NCBI GenBank assembly: GCA_028279155.1
Contig: JANQST010000344.1
Span: forward strand, 1 to 43,985
Origin: Cyclobacteriaceae bacterium
Lineage (GTDB): Bacteria > Bacteroidota > Bacteroidia > Cytophagales > Cyclobacteriaceae
Reading direction: 5' to 3'
DNA: 43,985 nucleotides
Shown here: positions 8,025-17,085 of the stretch, one piece after another
How positions within the stretch are numbered: the first letter of the stretch is position 1
How the letters are laid out: each line of letters begins with the position of its first letter
Position numbers and translations under genes: made by a program
The notes under the pieces: model-generated
What the model was told of the DNA's origin: nothing
Database searches by the model: none
The model's input: the letters and a program-made list of their open reading frames with translations, nothing else

Positions 8025-9897
8025 CTGTTAAATTGTAATTTCTCCCAATCGTATTAAATCCGATAATGGCTGTGTATTCCTGATCAAAGACATTGTTGAT
8101 CGCCCCCGAAATAGATAGGGCATCAAATTGAACGCTTGCCGTCAAGTCTATTAAATCAAAAGCTCCAGTCTCAACATCATCAGTCGTGAATGTAGTTGTG
8201 TTGAAAAAAGGCTGAGTTCTTTCACCTGTATGTGTGTGACGAATACCAATATTTGTAGTATTAGATGGAAGATATGTGAGTGTTGCTCCATACTTATGTT
8301 GAGGGATTCTATACAATACCACATCGTCCTTAGTATCCAAATAGGTGTAGTTTGTTCTTAAATCCAGATTGGATGATAAAGCAATCTTTGCATCTATTTC
8401 AATACCACTGGTTTTTATTTCATTGGTTGTATTGAAATATTCTCCACCTATAAAATTGCCACCACCATCAAATAAAGAGCGAAAATCGATTAATCCATCA
8501 TCCTTTCTATTGAAGTAGGCCAAATTCAGTGTCACGGTTGGTGAATAGATACTTCCACCAAATTCGAACGATTGTGATTCTTCAGCATCCAATTCCAAAT
8601 TCCCGAAAGATCCATATAGCTGAAACAAAGAAGGGGTAATGTAGGAAGTTGAAAAGGAGCCAATCAATTTCAGATCCAAATCATTTTGCAATGAAATCAA
8701 ATACGAAGGATTGATATTATACACCAGCTTTGATCCATACTCGCTGTGATTATTTAGCCTTGAACCAATCTGAATGTTGAGGTCGGCCTGTTCAAAAATG
8801 AAGGTTGCATATGGATCAAACATATTGAAATCTGTCTCACTCACTGCAGGCTGACTAAAAGATTGATTCTGATAATTTATCCCACCGATGAATTTGACGT
8901 TAGATGACAGATTTTGATTTAGTACCACGTCAGACTGTAAAGTTTCAGCATCGTACTCGTTGATAAATCGCTGTGTTGGATCGAAAAAATCAGGAGAATT
9001 AAATAACCGATCCAACTTGCTATAAAAGAAATCTCCTTTCATGCTACCGGATCCAATTTTTACCCTGGGAGAAATACCTATTCTAACTTGATGATAGTCT
9101 GAGGTATTATCACCATCAGCAAAAGCCCCTCCATCAAAGTCTGTATCAAAGTCATCAATGGAAGTGGTGAATCCCAACGTGAAGTTTTCTGATAAGTTAT
9201 ATCCTACTTTACCCAGAAAATTATACCCTTCAAATCCATCGTCATCGAAATTTCCACCACCTACTTGATCCTCGGCAGCTGAGAAGCCATCCGTTTTTTT
9301 GTAGCTACCAGAAAAAAGATAGGAAAGTGATCCTGATGTACCATTTACTGAAATTGCCGGATTTATAGTATTAAAGCTTCCATACCCAATCTTGGCATTT
9401 CCCGAAAAAGACTCATTACCAGCTTTTTTCAGTGTAATATTTATAACCCCTGCTGCTGCACCCGTACCATAGAGTGTGCTTAGTCCACCTTTCAAGATCT
9501 CAATGGATTCTACTTGCTCCAGATCCAGGAGTCGAAGATCATACGTTTGATCAATTCCGGAAGGATCATTGAAAGGAATCCCATCAATCAAGATCAGCGT
9601 TCGTTTACTTGAAGCACCTCTTACAAAATAACTAATGTTAGTTCCTAAAGGGCCGAAGTTTCCATCCATTTGAACACCCGGAGTTTCATTCAATAAATCC
9701 GCAACCGTTTTTCCGGGGCTGGAATCTATGTCCTTCCGAGTTATCTTATAAATACTCTTACCAGATTTTTCCACAGGAATTTCAGATTTGGTTCCCGTGA
9801 TAACCACTTCGTCTAATGTGACGGTTCTGAGGGTGTCCTGTGCCTTGACAGTCCAGCCCATGCATGCAAATGCAATGATTAAAAAATACTTTCTCAT
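8008..9897 (-). CDS. btuB: TonB-dependent cobalamin receptor (start re-assigned to ATG 9897)
   Basis: Signal peptide MRKYFLII.., LDEVVITG TonB box, plug motif IEILKGGLSTLYG, C-terminal Phe; preceded by a cobalamin riboswitch. Confidence 0.9.
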   Translation of the reverse strand: MRKYFLIIAFACMGWTVKAQDTLRTVTLDEVVITGTKSEIPVEKSGKSIYKITRKDIDSSPGKTVADLLNETPGVQMDGNFGPLGTNISYFVRGASSKRTLILIDGIPFNDPSGIDQTYDLRLLDLEQVESIEILKGGLSTLYGTGAAAGVINITLKKAGNESFSGNAKIGYGSFNTINPAISVNGTSGSLSYLFSGSYKKTDGFSAAEDQVGGGNFDDDGFEGYNFLGKVGYNLSENFTLGFTTSIDDFDTDFDGGAFADGDNTSDYHQVRIGISPRVKIGSGSMKGDFFYSKLDRLFNSPDFFDPTQRFINEYDAETLQSDVVLNQNLSSNVKFIGGINYQNQSFSQPAVSETDFNMFDPYATFIFEQADLNIQIGSRLNNHSEYGSKLVYNINPSYLISLQNDLDLKLIGSFSTSYITPSLFQLYGSFGNLELDAEESQSFEFGGSIYSPTVTLNLAYFNRKDDGLIDFRSLFDGGGNFIGGEYFNTTNEIKTSGIEIDAKIALSSNLDLRTNYTYLDTKDDVVLYRIPQHKYGATLTYLPSNTTNIGIRHTHTGERTQPFFNTTTFTTDDVETGAFDLIDLTASVQFDALSISGAINNVFDQEYTAIIGFNTIGRNYNLTVSYGF

Positions 9898-9984
9898 AGT
9901 AATTCGACTATGAGCCTCGTAGAAAGAATGGAGTAAACCCCTTCCTCTGCTTTCACCCGAAGCTTCGTTTTTATAAAATGTAGT

Positions 9985-10170
9985 TGGCAGGTCTCCTGGC
10001 TTGTTCGATTTTGATTCCTTCCCACCCCACCCCAATGGTTATCGGGATCGAGACAGTGGATATGCATCAAAACATTATCCGAACTTACAGTTGCGGGGAC
10101 AGCTTCCGTTTTTCACGGAATTCCCTCTTAATTCCAATCATCCAGGAATAGATGATCAAAAACCAAATAC
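9985..10170 (-). promoter_or_regulatory. Cobalamin (AdoCbl) riboswitch
   Basis: Minus strand contains AAGAGGGAATTCCGTGAAAAACGGAAGCTGTCCCCGCAACTGT, CCACTG, GGGAAGG and the B12 box AAGCCAGGAGACCTGCC. Confidence 0.96.
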
Positions 10171-10174
10171 GGAG

Positions 10175-10182
10175 CAAAACTA
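10175..10182 (-). promoter_or_regulatory. Bacteroidota housekeeping promoter -7 element for riboswitch-btuB
   Basis: TAGTTTTG (TAnnTTTG) immediately upstream of the riboswitch. Confidence 0.75.
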
Positions 10183-10247
10183 ATTATATACTCGATTATC
10201 TCAATAAATGTCTTGAGGAACTACCCGAATGTTCTATTCTAGAAAGT

Positions 10248-10255
10248 TACTTTTG
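10248..10255 (+). promoter_or_regulatory. -7 promoter element for btuF-like operon
   Basis: TACTTTTG, 4 nt before ATG 10260. Confidence 0.6.
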
Positions 10256-10259
10256 AGGC

Positions 10260-11330
10260 ATGTTAAAAAATTCCTTTTGGATCTGTGTAATCTTTTTTGG
10301 ATGCGCTGGTAAGGCGGTAGAAAGTGACCGACTTGTCTCAACCAACGAAATCAAATATGCCACCACATTTCATTTTGAAAAAAGTGAGTCAAAAAACTAC
10401 CTGGTGATTTCCGAACCGTGGCCCAAAGCAACCATCGAAAAAAAATATGAACTCGGAAAATCGCTTAATAAGATAGTGTGTACCTCAACCTCGCATTTGC
10501 CATTTTTTGAGATGCTTGGAATGGAAGAGGTTGTTGTTGGTTTTCCAAATTTCAATTACATCAGCTCAGAAGTTTTTCTGAAAAGAGCTAAAGAAGGGTA
10601 TTTAACCGATTTAGGTCCAGATGGAAATTTAAACATGGAGCTTCTCCTAAGTCTCGATCCAGATGCGGTCATCGCTTTTGATATGGGTGGTGAATCCAAT
10701 TCGCTTGACAAAATACAAGAGGCAGGGATACCAGTTATTTACAATTCAGATTTCCTGGAAAAAAATCCGCTTGGCCGTGCGGAATGGATCAAATTTTTTG
10801 GAGCCCTTCTCAATAAGCAAAAAGTAGCAGATTCTATTTTTAACGCGATTGAAACAGAATACATCCGATTGAAAAATCTTAGTGAGAAGGTCACTTCCAA
10901 ACCAACCGTACTAAGTGGTGTTGTCTATGGCGATACCTGGTTCTTACCCGGTGGTCAAAATTGGGCCGCAACATTTTTTACAAATGCCGGTGGAGAATAC
11001 TTATGGCAGGAGGACACTACTTCCGGATGGCTGGAACTAAGCTTTGAAGCAGTATATGAAGCGGGATACAATGCAGATTATTGGATTGGGACCTCCACTT
11101 TGAATAACAGAAATGAGATGCTTGGTCAAGATGGTAGGTACGGATCTTTCGACGCTTTTGAAAATGACAAGGTTTTCAATTACAATAAGAGAATCGGACC
11201 TAATGGGGGTTACGATTTTTTTGAGTCTGGATATTCAAGGCCCGATCTCGTTCTTGCCGATCTGATCAAAATATTGCATCCTGAAGTTTTGCCTGAGTAT
11301 GAGACTGTTTATTTTCAAAAATTAGAATGA
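10260..11330 (+). CDS. ABC transporter periplasmic binding lipoprotein, BtuF/Fe-siderophore family (likely cobalamin)
   Basis: Lipobox-like FFGC; PLGRAEWIKFFG and FESG..RPDLVLADL motifs; btuB context. Confidence 0.85.
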   Translation: MLKNSFWICVIFFGCAGKAVESDRLVSTNEIKYATTFHFEKSESKNYLVISEPWPKATIEKKYELGKSLNKIVCTSTSHLPFFEMLGMEEVVVGFPNFNYISSEVFLKRAKEGYLTDLGPDGNLNMELLLSLDPDAVIAFDMGGESNSLDKIQEAGIPVIYNSDFLEKNPLGRAEWIKFFGALLNKQKVADSIFNAIETEYIRLKNLSEKVTSKPTVLSGVVYGDTWFLPGGQNWAATFFTNAGGEYLWQEDTTSGWLELSFEAVYEAGYNADYWIGTSTLNNRNEMLGQDGRYGSFDAFENDKVFNYNKRIGPNGGYDFFESGYSRPDLVLADLIKILHPEVLPEYETVYFQKLE

Positions 11331-12382
11331 TTGAGTCCACCATAGATGATTCCAAAAAAAAATGGGAAAGTGTGTTCATCATACTTATCGTGGTTCTCAT
11401 TCTTTGTTTTCTTCTCAACATCACTCTTGGCTCAGTCAAAATCCCGTTCCCTTTTGTAATAAGCTATTTTACAGGTCAAGCCAACAACGATGTATGGGTC
11501 AACATTCTTGAAAACTTTAGGATACCCAAAGCAATAACAGCAACCCTTGCAGGAAGTGCTTTAGCCATAAGTGGTTTGCAAATGCAAACGCTTTTCCGAA
11601 ACCCATTGGCGGGTCCATTCATTCTGGGAATTAGTTCCGGCGCCAGTTTAGGTGTTGCGCTGGTTATTTTTCTTGGCATTTGGATTGGAAGCATTCTTGA
11701 ACTTTCCGGAATAGGTAGAAGCTGGCTTTTGGTAGGAGCTTCAGCAATTGGCTCATTTTTGGTTCTGTTCATCGTGCTTCTCGCTTCTTTTCGAATCAGA
11801 AGTGGTGTTTCTTTACTTATCATCGGGTTGATGTTTGGTTCTGCCACTTCTGCAATTGTTAGCATTCTCCAGTATTTCAGTCAGGCCGAAAACATTCAAT
11901 CATTTGTGATTTGGTCTTTTGGGAGTTTGGGAAGCCTTTCCTGGACTGAACTTTCAGTTTTTACCCCAATCCTCATTATCACGCTTCTGCTCTCACTACT
12001 CTTGAGCAAAAACCTGAATGCGCTTTTACTTGGGGAAGATTATGCGGAATCTATGGGTTTGAAGCTAAAAAAGGCACGAATGCTCATCATAGGATGTACA
12101 AGCATCCTTGCCGGTACGGTCACTGCTTTTTGCGGACCAATTGCATTCATCGGACTTGCGATCCCACACATTGCTCGTATGTTATTCAATACTGGTAATC
12201 ATTTAAGGTTAACTCCGATTGTGATCTTAATCGGTGCAATCGCTTTGCTAATCTTTGACATCATTTCTCAGCTACCTGGCTATCAGGAAACTTTGCCAAT
12301 TAATGCAATTACCTCTCTTTTTGGGGCTCCGTTCGTAATCTGGTTAATTCTCAAAAAATCCAACCTCAAGTATTCTTTTTAG
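11327..12382 (+). CDS. FecCD/BtuC family ABC permease
   Basis: FRNPLAGPFILGISSGASLG, LLLGEDYAESMG, GPIAFIGLAIPH. Confidence 0.93.
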   Translation: MIESTIDDSKKKWESVFIILIVVLILCFLLNITLGSVKIPFPFVISYFTGQANNDVWVNILENFRIPKAITATLAGSALAISGLQMQTLFRNPLAGPFILGISSGASLGVALVIFLGIWIGSILELSGIGRSWLLVGASAIGSFLVLFIVLLASFRIRSGVSLLIIGLMFGSATSAIVSILQYFSQAENIQSFVIWSFGSLGSLSWTELSVFTPILIITLLLSLLLSKNLNALLLGEDYAESMGLKLKKARMLIIGCTSILAGTVTAFCGPIAFIGLAIPHIARMLFNTGNHLRLTPIVILIGAIALLIFDIISQLPGYQETLPINAITSLFGAPFVIWLILKKSNLKYSF

Positions 12383-13126
12383 ATGATGAGTGGTCTACAA
12401 ATCCATAATTTAACAGTTGGTTACCCCCCCGATAAGACTCTTATCAAGGACATCAATCTTGAGCTCAATCCTGGAGATTTTGTGGCTTTAGTTGGGCAAA
12501 ATGGTGTTGGTAAGTCCACATTGATCCGAACACTCTGTGGTTTACATACACCATTGAGTGGAGAGATGAAACTTGACGAAAAATCAATCGCAGAACATTC
12601 GGCAAATGAATTGGCTAAAAAAATTGGGATTGTGCTGACAGGGAGGCCTGAGTCAATGAATCTATCGGTGATTGAACTGATCGCATTAGGTCGGCATCCA
12701 CACACGGGTTGGCTGGGTGTTTTGAATGAATCAGACAAAAAAATAATTGAGGATTCAATCTCTCGAATGGAGATCAACTACATCGCAACCAAAAAGCTGT
12801 TCGAGTTGAGTGATGGTCAGCTCCAAAAAGTAATGATCGCCCGAGCGCTTGCTCAAGACACCGATCTGATCATTTTAGATGAACCTACCTCCCATCTGGA
12901 CCTAAAAAATAAAATTGAAGTACTGGATCTACTTAAAAAAATATCTAAATCCGGCAAGGGAATTCTAATTTCCACACACGAAATCCAATTGGCTGCACGA
13001 GTTTGTAATCAATATTGGTGTGTTGACTTTGGTAAACCTCTATTGAAGGGGGAGCCCAGAGAAATGATTGAATCCGGGGTTATACACGATTATCTTCATT
13101 TACCTGAAGAGATTGAGATCGGATAG
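12383..13126 (+). CDS. ABC transporter ATP-binding protein, BtuD/FecE family
   Basis: GQNGVGKST, LSDGQ signature variant, LDEPT, STH. Confidence 0.93.
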   Translation: MMSGLQIHNLTVGYPPDKTLIKDINLELNPGDFVALVGQNGVGKSTLIRTLCGLHTPLSGEMKLDEKSIAEHSANELAKKIGIVLTGRPESMNLSVIELIALGRHPHTGWLGVLNESDKKIIEDSISRMEINYIATKKLFELSDGQLQKVMIARALAQDTDLIILDEPTSHLDLKNKIEVLDLLKKISKSGKGILISTHEIQLAARVCNQYWCVDFGKPLLKGEPREMIESGVIHDYLHLPEEIEIG

Positions 13127-13137
13127 CTATAAAATTC

Positions 13138-13167
13138 AAAAAGGGACCCATGGAGAGCCCCTTTTTT
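13138..13167. terminator. Intrinsic terminator (best pairing on minus strand)
   Basis: Minus strand GGGGCUC-UCCAU-GGGUCCC-UUUUU with two G-U pairs; these are A-C mismatches on the plus strand. Confidence 0.75.
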
Positions 13168-13255
13168 GGATGGGATTGATCGTAACCTAACCTAACCGAA
13201 GACGACGATAATGTCGTCTACCCACCCGTTTCACCTAATCACCAAATATGTGGTA
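13138..13255 (-). ncRNA. Candidate small RNA
   Basis: Terminator that pairs fully only on the minus strand, internal hairpin 13200-13219, (GGTTA)3 tract, upstream ECF-like promoter, no ORF. Confidence 0.55.
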
Positions 13256-13260
13256 TCGTA

Positions 13261-13289
13261 TTATACAGATATTCTGCACTTTTTGTTCC
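13261..13289 (-). promoter_or_regulatory. ECF-sigma-like promoter
   Basis: GGAAC-N17-TGTATAA on the minus strand. Confidence 0.45.
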
Positions 13290-13297
13290 ACATTTTT

Positions 13298-13317
13298 TAT
13301 GTCAAAGATTTGACATA
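13298..13317. promoter_or_regulatory. Palindromic operator TGTCAA-N4-TTGACA, copy 1
   Basis: TATGTCAAA-GA-TTTGACATA perfect inverted repeat. Confidence 0.6.
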
Positions 13318-13442
13318 TGGATAATTAATACTCTTCATACGGAAAAGTATTACTGATAAGAGTCCTTTATCTAATAAAGAGTTGGAATTTCTACACGAAG
13401 AATAGCGTTTAGCTGTCCATGTAAACTGAGGTATTCATTTAT

Positions 13443-13458
13443 TGTCAATCGTTTGACA
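13443..13458. promoter_or_regulatory. Palindromic operator TGTCAA-N4-TTGACA, copy 2
   Basis: TGTCAA-TCGT-TTGACA, about 65 nt upstream of ATG 13523. Confidence 0.6.
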
Positions 13459-13522
13459 TTACTCCAATTCTCTAAGTAACTTCAATCATGACTCCCGTAT
13501 ACTTGAACCGTATTTGAAAATT

Positions 13523-14854
13523 ATGCAGCATACCGTGATAATCGGAAATGGGGTAGCAGGAATCACTGCCGCTCGACATATCCGAAAGCTTTCAGACAAC
13601 AAGATCACTGTTATTTCAGGAGAAACCGATCATTTCTTCTCCAGAACAGCTCTCATGTATATCTACATGGGTCACATGAAGTTTGAAAACACAAAGCCTT
13701 ATGAAGATTGGTTTTGGTCAAAAAATAAGATTGACCTAATGAGAGAGTGGGTGACTTCTATTGATTTTGATGGAAAAACCATCGTCTTTAAGAATGGCAC
13801 CTCGCTAACATATGATCAATTGATTCTTGCTACTGGGAGCCAATCTAACTTTTTTGGATGGCCTGGTCAGGATCTAAAAGGTGTCCAAGGCTTATATAGC
13901 TATCAGGATCTTGAACTGATGGAAGAAAACACCAAAAATGTGAAAAGTGCGGTCATTCTGGGTGGTGGATTGATTGGTGTTGAAATGGCTGAAATGCTGC
14001 ATTCTCGAGGTATCCATGTGACTTACTTAATTCGGGAATCTCACTTCTGGGGAAATATGCTTCCTAAGGAAGAAGGTACATTAATTGACAACCACCTGGC
14101 AGAACATGGAATTGATCTCAGAACAGAAACAGAACTCGAAGAAATCCTGGATGATGGAAATGGGCATGTGAAAGGAATTAAAACCAAAACCGGAGAAGTC
14201 ATTGATTGCCAGTTTGTAGGTCTCACTGTTGGTGTTCATCCAAATATAGATCTGGTAAAAGATTCAAAAGTTGAAACAGATCGTGGAATCCTTGTCGATG
14301 AAAAACTTCAAACTAATGTCCCAGATGTTTACGCGATCGGTGATTGTGCTCAGCAGAAAAATCCCCCCGCACACCGAAGACCAATTGAGGCAGTTTGGTA
14401 CGTTGGAAGAATGATGGGTGAAACGGTTGCGCATACCATCACAGGTAATGAAACAAAATATCAACCAGGTGTCTGGTTCAACTCCGCCAAATTTTTTGAT
14501 ATCGAATATCATAACTATGGCACAGTCCTCCCAACATGCCAGGAAGGCTGCTCAGAATTTTACTGGGAATGCCATGACAAAAAGAAATGTATCAAGGTCA
14601 TCTATGAGACGAATAGTCTGAAGGTGAAAGGTGTTAACCTCTTCGGAATTAGGAATCGACATGAGGTTTGGGATAATTGGCTATCTCAGGAGAAGACGTT
14701 GGATCACATCATTGGGAACTTACCAGAGGCGAATTTTGACCCTGAGTTTTTCACTCATTGGGAAGGAGAAATTCAGGAGAAGTTCAATTCCGAATTTTCT
14801 GACAAAACAGTAAATGTTCGAAAACGAGGTTTTCTAGAAAAAATATTCGCATAA
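13523..14854 (+). CDS. FAD-dependent pyridine nucleotide oxidoreductase (ferredoxin/rubredoxin reductase-like)
   Basis: IIGNGVAG, LILATG, GGGLIGVEMAE, VYAIGD; ATG 13523 preferred over TTG 13514. Confidence 0.9.
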   Translation: MQHTVIIGNGVAGITAARHIRKLSDNKITVISGETDHFFSRTALMYIYMGHMKFENTKPYEDWFWSKNKIDLMREWVTSIDFDGKTIVFKNGTSLTYDQLILATGSQSNFFGWPGQDLKGVQGLYSYQDLELMEENTKNVKSAVILGGGLIGVEMAEMLHSRGIHVTYLIRESHFWGNMLPKEEGTLIDNHLAEHGIDLRTETELEEILDDGNGHVKGIKTKTGEVIDCQFVGLTVGVHPNIDLVKDSKVETDRGILVDEKLQTNVPDVYAIGDCAQQKNPPAHRRPIEAVWYVGRMMGETVAHTITGNETKYQPGVWFNSAKFFDIEYHNYGTVLPTCQEGCSEFYWECHDKKKCIKVIYETNSLKVKGVNLFGIRNRHEVWDNWLSQEKTLDHIIGNLPEANFDPEFFTHWEGEIQEKFNSEFSDKTVNVRKRGFLEKIFA

Positions 14855-14855
14855 C

Positions 14856-16409
14856 ATGAAGACAATCAGATATACAGGACTCATTGCATTTCTCTTCTCT
14901 TTGGGATTGTTCCTCTCCTTATTTTTCACATCGACCTATACACTAACTGAGCAAATTTTCACCTCGAATGTGAAGGCCGAACATCAGGAAACGTTAGGGC
15001 CAGAGCTTGCAGGAATGATGGATAGAGAATATTCTCTAAGTATTCCATTTGTCAAGGACTTAAACGCTGCAGTTAACACGGTGAATGAACGTATGCGTTC
15101 GGAACAGCAGTGGGACAAAGTCATTTACGATGATTATGCAGGTTCACTCACAAGAGCATCTACTAGCGGTTTGATCCAGGATCAAACAACCCTTCTCTTT
15201 ATTCTTGTTTTTATTGTTGGGGCTGTTGGAGCTTTAATGTTCATACTTCCACAAATTCAACTTGGAGGACCGGCAGGTATAAAGCACAATGGTATTTTCT
15301 TTAATGCACTCAACAATCGTGGATGGATAGGTATGCTAACAGGCGGGCTCTTAGTAGTTTTTTATGTGCTTCTTTACTTCTATCCGGCATACATAACAAA
15401 CTGGATCATTTTAGTTGATCCTGTCCAAAAACTCTTAAACCCAGGGGCCACATCGAGCCAATGGTTCCTATATGGATTCTTGTATACGTTCGCCGTATTG
15501 GTGATGGGTGTTCGAATGATTATAAAGTATCGACATAGCAAATACCAGATTTTCAGAACCATCTCTGTAATGTTTTTCCAAACAGCGTTTGCTTTTTTGA
15601 TTCCCGAAATCTTAGTAAGACTCAATCAGCCATATTTTGACTTCAAAAATATGTGGCCACTGGATTACGATTTTTTCGATGCCTGGCATATAAATATGTT
15701 GACCACTTCGGGAGGAACAGGAATATTCATGTTCGCCTGGGGCATTTCATTGTTTGCAATTGGGGTCCCTTTGTTTGTTTTCTTTTTCGGAAAAAGATGG
15801 TACTGCTCATGGGTATGCGGATGCGGTGGGTTGGCTGAAACTGTCGGAGATCCGTTCAGACAATTGTCTGATAAGTCCTTGAAAGCCTGGCAAATTGAAA
15901 GATATCTGATCCATGCTGTTTTAATATTTGGCTTGCTCATGACTGGAGCTGTGGTTTACAATTTCATTTCCGGCACAAACTCTATCCTAGGAATCGACAC
16001 TTACAACTATTTAAGAAAGCCATATGGATTTTTGATTGGATCAATTTTCTCAGGTGTCATTGGGACCGGCTTCTACCCATTTATGGGAAACAGGGTATGG
16101 TGTCGATTTGGATGTCCACTTGCTGCCTATTTAGGGGCAGTTCAGAAGTTCAAATCAAGATTCAGAATCACAACTAACGGAGGCCAATGCATTTCTTGTG
16201 GAAATTGCTCTACCTATTGTGAAATGGGAATCGATGTGCGTTGGTATGCACAAAGAGGTCAAAATATCATCCGCTCTTCTTGTGTTGGATGTGGGGTTTG
16301 CTCGGCAGTTTGTCCTCGCGGCGTCCTTAACCTCGAAAATCGAGATGAAGATGGGAGATTCAACCAGCCAATTTTGTTAGGTAACGATAGTATTAAAGTT
16401 TCAAATTAG
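14856..16409 (+). CDS. Integral membrane polyferredoxin (NapH/MauN/RdxA-like 4Fe-4S binding protein)
   Basis: Multiple TM helices; CSWVC and CRFGCP motifs; two CxxCxxCxxxC clusters (CISCGNCSTYC, CVGCGVCSAVCP). Confidence 0.9.
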   Translation: MKTIRYTGLIAFLFSLGLFLSLFFTSTYTLTEQIFTSNVKAEHQETLGPELAGMMDREYSLSIPFVKDLNAAVNTVNERMRSEQQWDKVIYDDYAGSLTRASTSGLIQDQTTLLFILVFIVGAVGALMFILPQIQLGGPAGIKHNGIFFNALNNRGWIGMLTGGLLVVFYVLLYFYPAYITNWIILVDPVQKLLNPGATSSQWFLYGFLYTFAVLVMGVRMIIKYRHSKYQIFRTISVMFFQTAFAFLIPEILVRLNQPYFDFKNMWPLDYDFFDAWHINMLTTSGGTGIFMFAWGISLFAIGVPLFVFFFGKRWYCSWVCGCGGLAETVGDPFRQLSDKSLKAWQIERYLIHAVLIFGLLMTGAVVYNFISGTNSILGIDTYNYLRKPYGFLIGSIFSGVIGTGFYPFMGNRVWCRFGCPLAAYLGAVQKFKSRFRITTNGGQCISCGNCSTYCEMGIDVRWYAQRGQNIIRSSCVGCGVCSAVCPRGVLNLENRDEDGRFNQPILLGNDSIKVSN

Positions 16410-17078
16410 ATGAAAAAGCTAAAATTCCTTTTACCTCTACTTCTGATTGGCTGTATCGGCGAAGATATCGAATTCGATGAAGTGGATCCCGTAATACAAA
16501 TTGTAAATCCAATTTCTTCTTTGGAGGTCAACACTTTCTACCAATTTGAATACATGTTTTTGGACAATGTTGGAAGACCTGTTGATCCATCCACTATAAC
16601 ATGGAATAGTTCTGATGTATCTCTCCTAACCGTTGATGATAATGGGCTTGTAAGGGGGCTTAACAATGGAACGGTTACAGTTTCTGTTAGTGCGATGCTT
16701 AACGAGTTCGCCGCTGATACAAGCATCACCTTTGACATTACTGGTGATCCTACAACAATGATGAGTGAGCGCTCAGGTACAATAGCCACTACAACTTCCT
16801 ACGTTCTGGAAGGAGCCTTTGAATTACAACAAAGTGGTTCAGACCTTATTCTAGAATTTGAAGCTAATTACATAGCAGACGATGGACTCCCGGGCTTGTA
16901 CATCTATCTCACAAACAACCCTAACTCTATTGCAGGAGCACATGAGATTGGAAAAGTGAGTGTGTTCACTGGAGCGCATAGCTATACAATACCCAATGCT
17001 GGACTATTCGACTACAATTACATTTTATACTATTGCAAACCCTTCAATGTAAAAGTTGGAGACGGACTAATTCAATAA
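16410..17078 (+). CDS. Lipoprotein with Ig-like (Big_2) and DM13 domains
   Basis: Lipobox LLIGC; ITWNSSD..TVDDNGLV Big_2 pattern; PGLYIYL...YCKPFNVKVG DM13 pattern. Confidence 0.8.
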   Translation: MKKLKFLLPLLLIGCIGEDIEFDEVDPVIQIVNPISSLEVNTFYQFEYMFLDNVGRPVDPSTITWNSSDVSLLTVDDNGLVRGLNNGTVTVSVSAMLNEFAADTSITFDITGDPTTMMSERSGTIATTTSYVLEGAFELQQSGSDLILEFEANYIADDGLPGLYIYLTNNPNSIAGAHEIGKVSVFTGAHSYTIPNAGLFDYNYILYYCKPFNVKVGDGLIQ

Positions 17079-17085
17079 TCACCAA

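Noticed and set aside
9898-10035. 46-aa N-terminal extension of btuB in the ORF track
   Set aside because: It is riboswitch and leader sequence; the signal peptide starts at ATG 9897.
10001-10183. 60-aa plus-strand ORF
   Set aside because: Antisense to the cobalamin riboswitch, with no protein features.
13183-13197. (TAACC)3 as a telomere-like or CRISPR repeat
   Set aside because: Only three 5-mers with no spacers; treated as part of the sRNA candidate.
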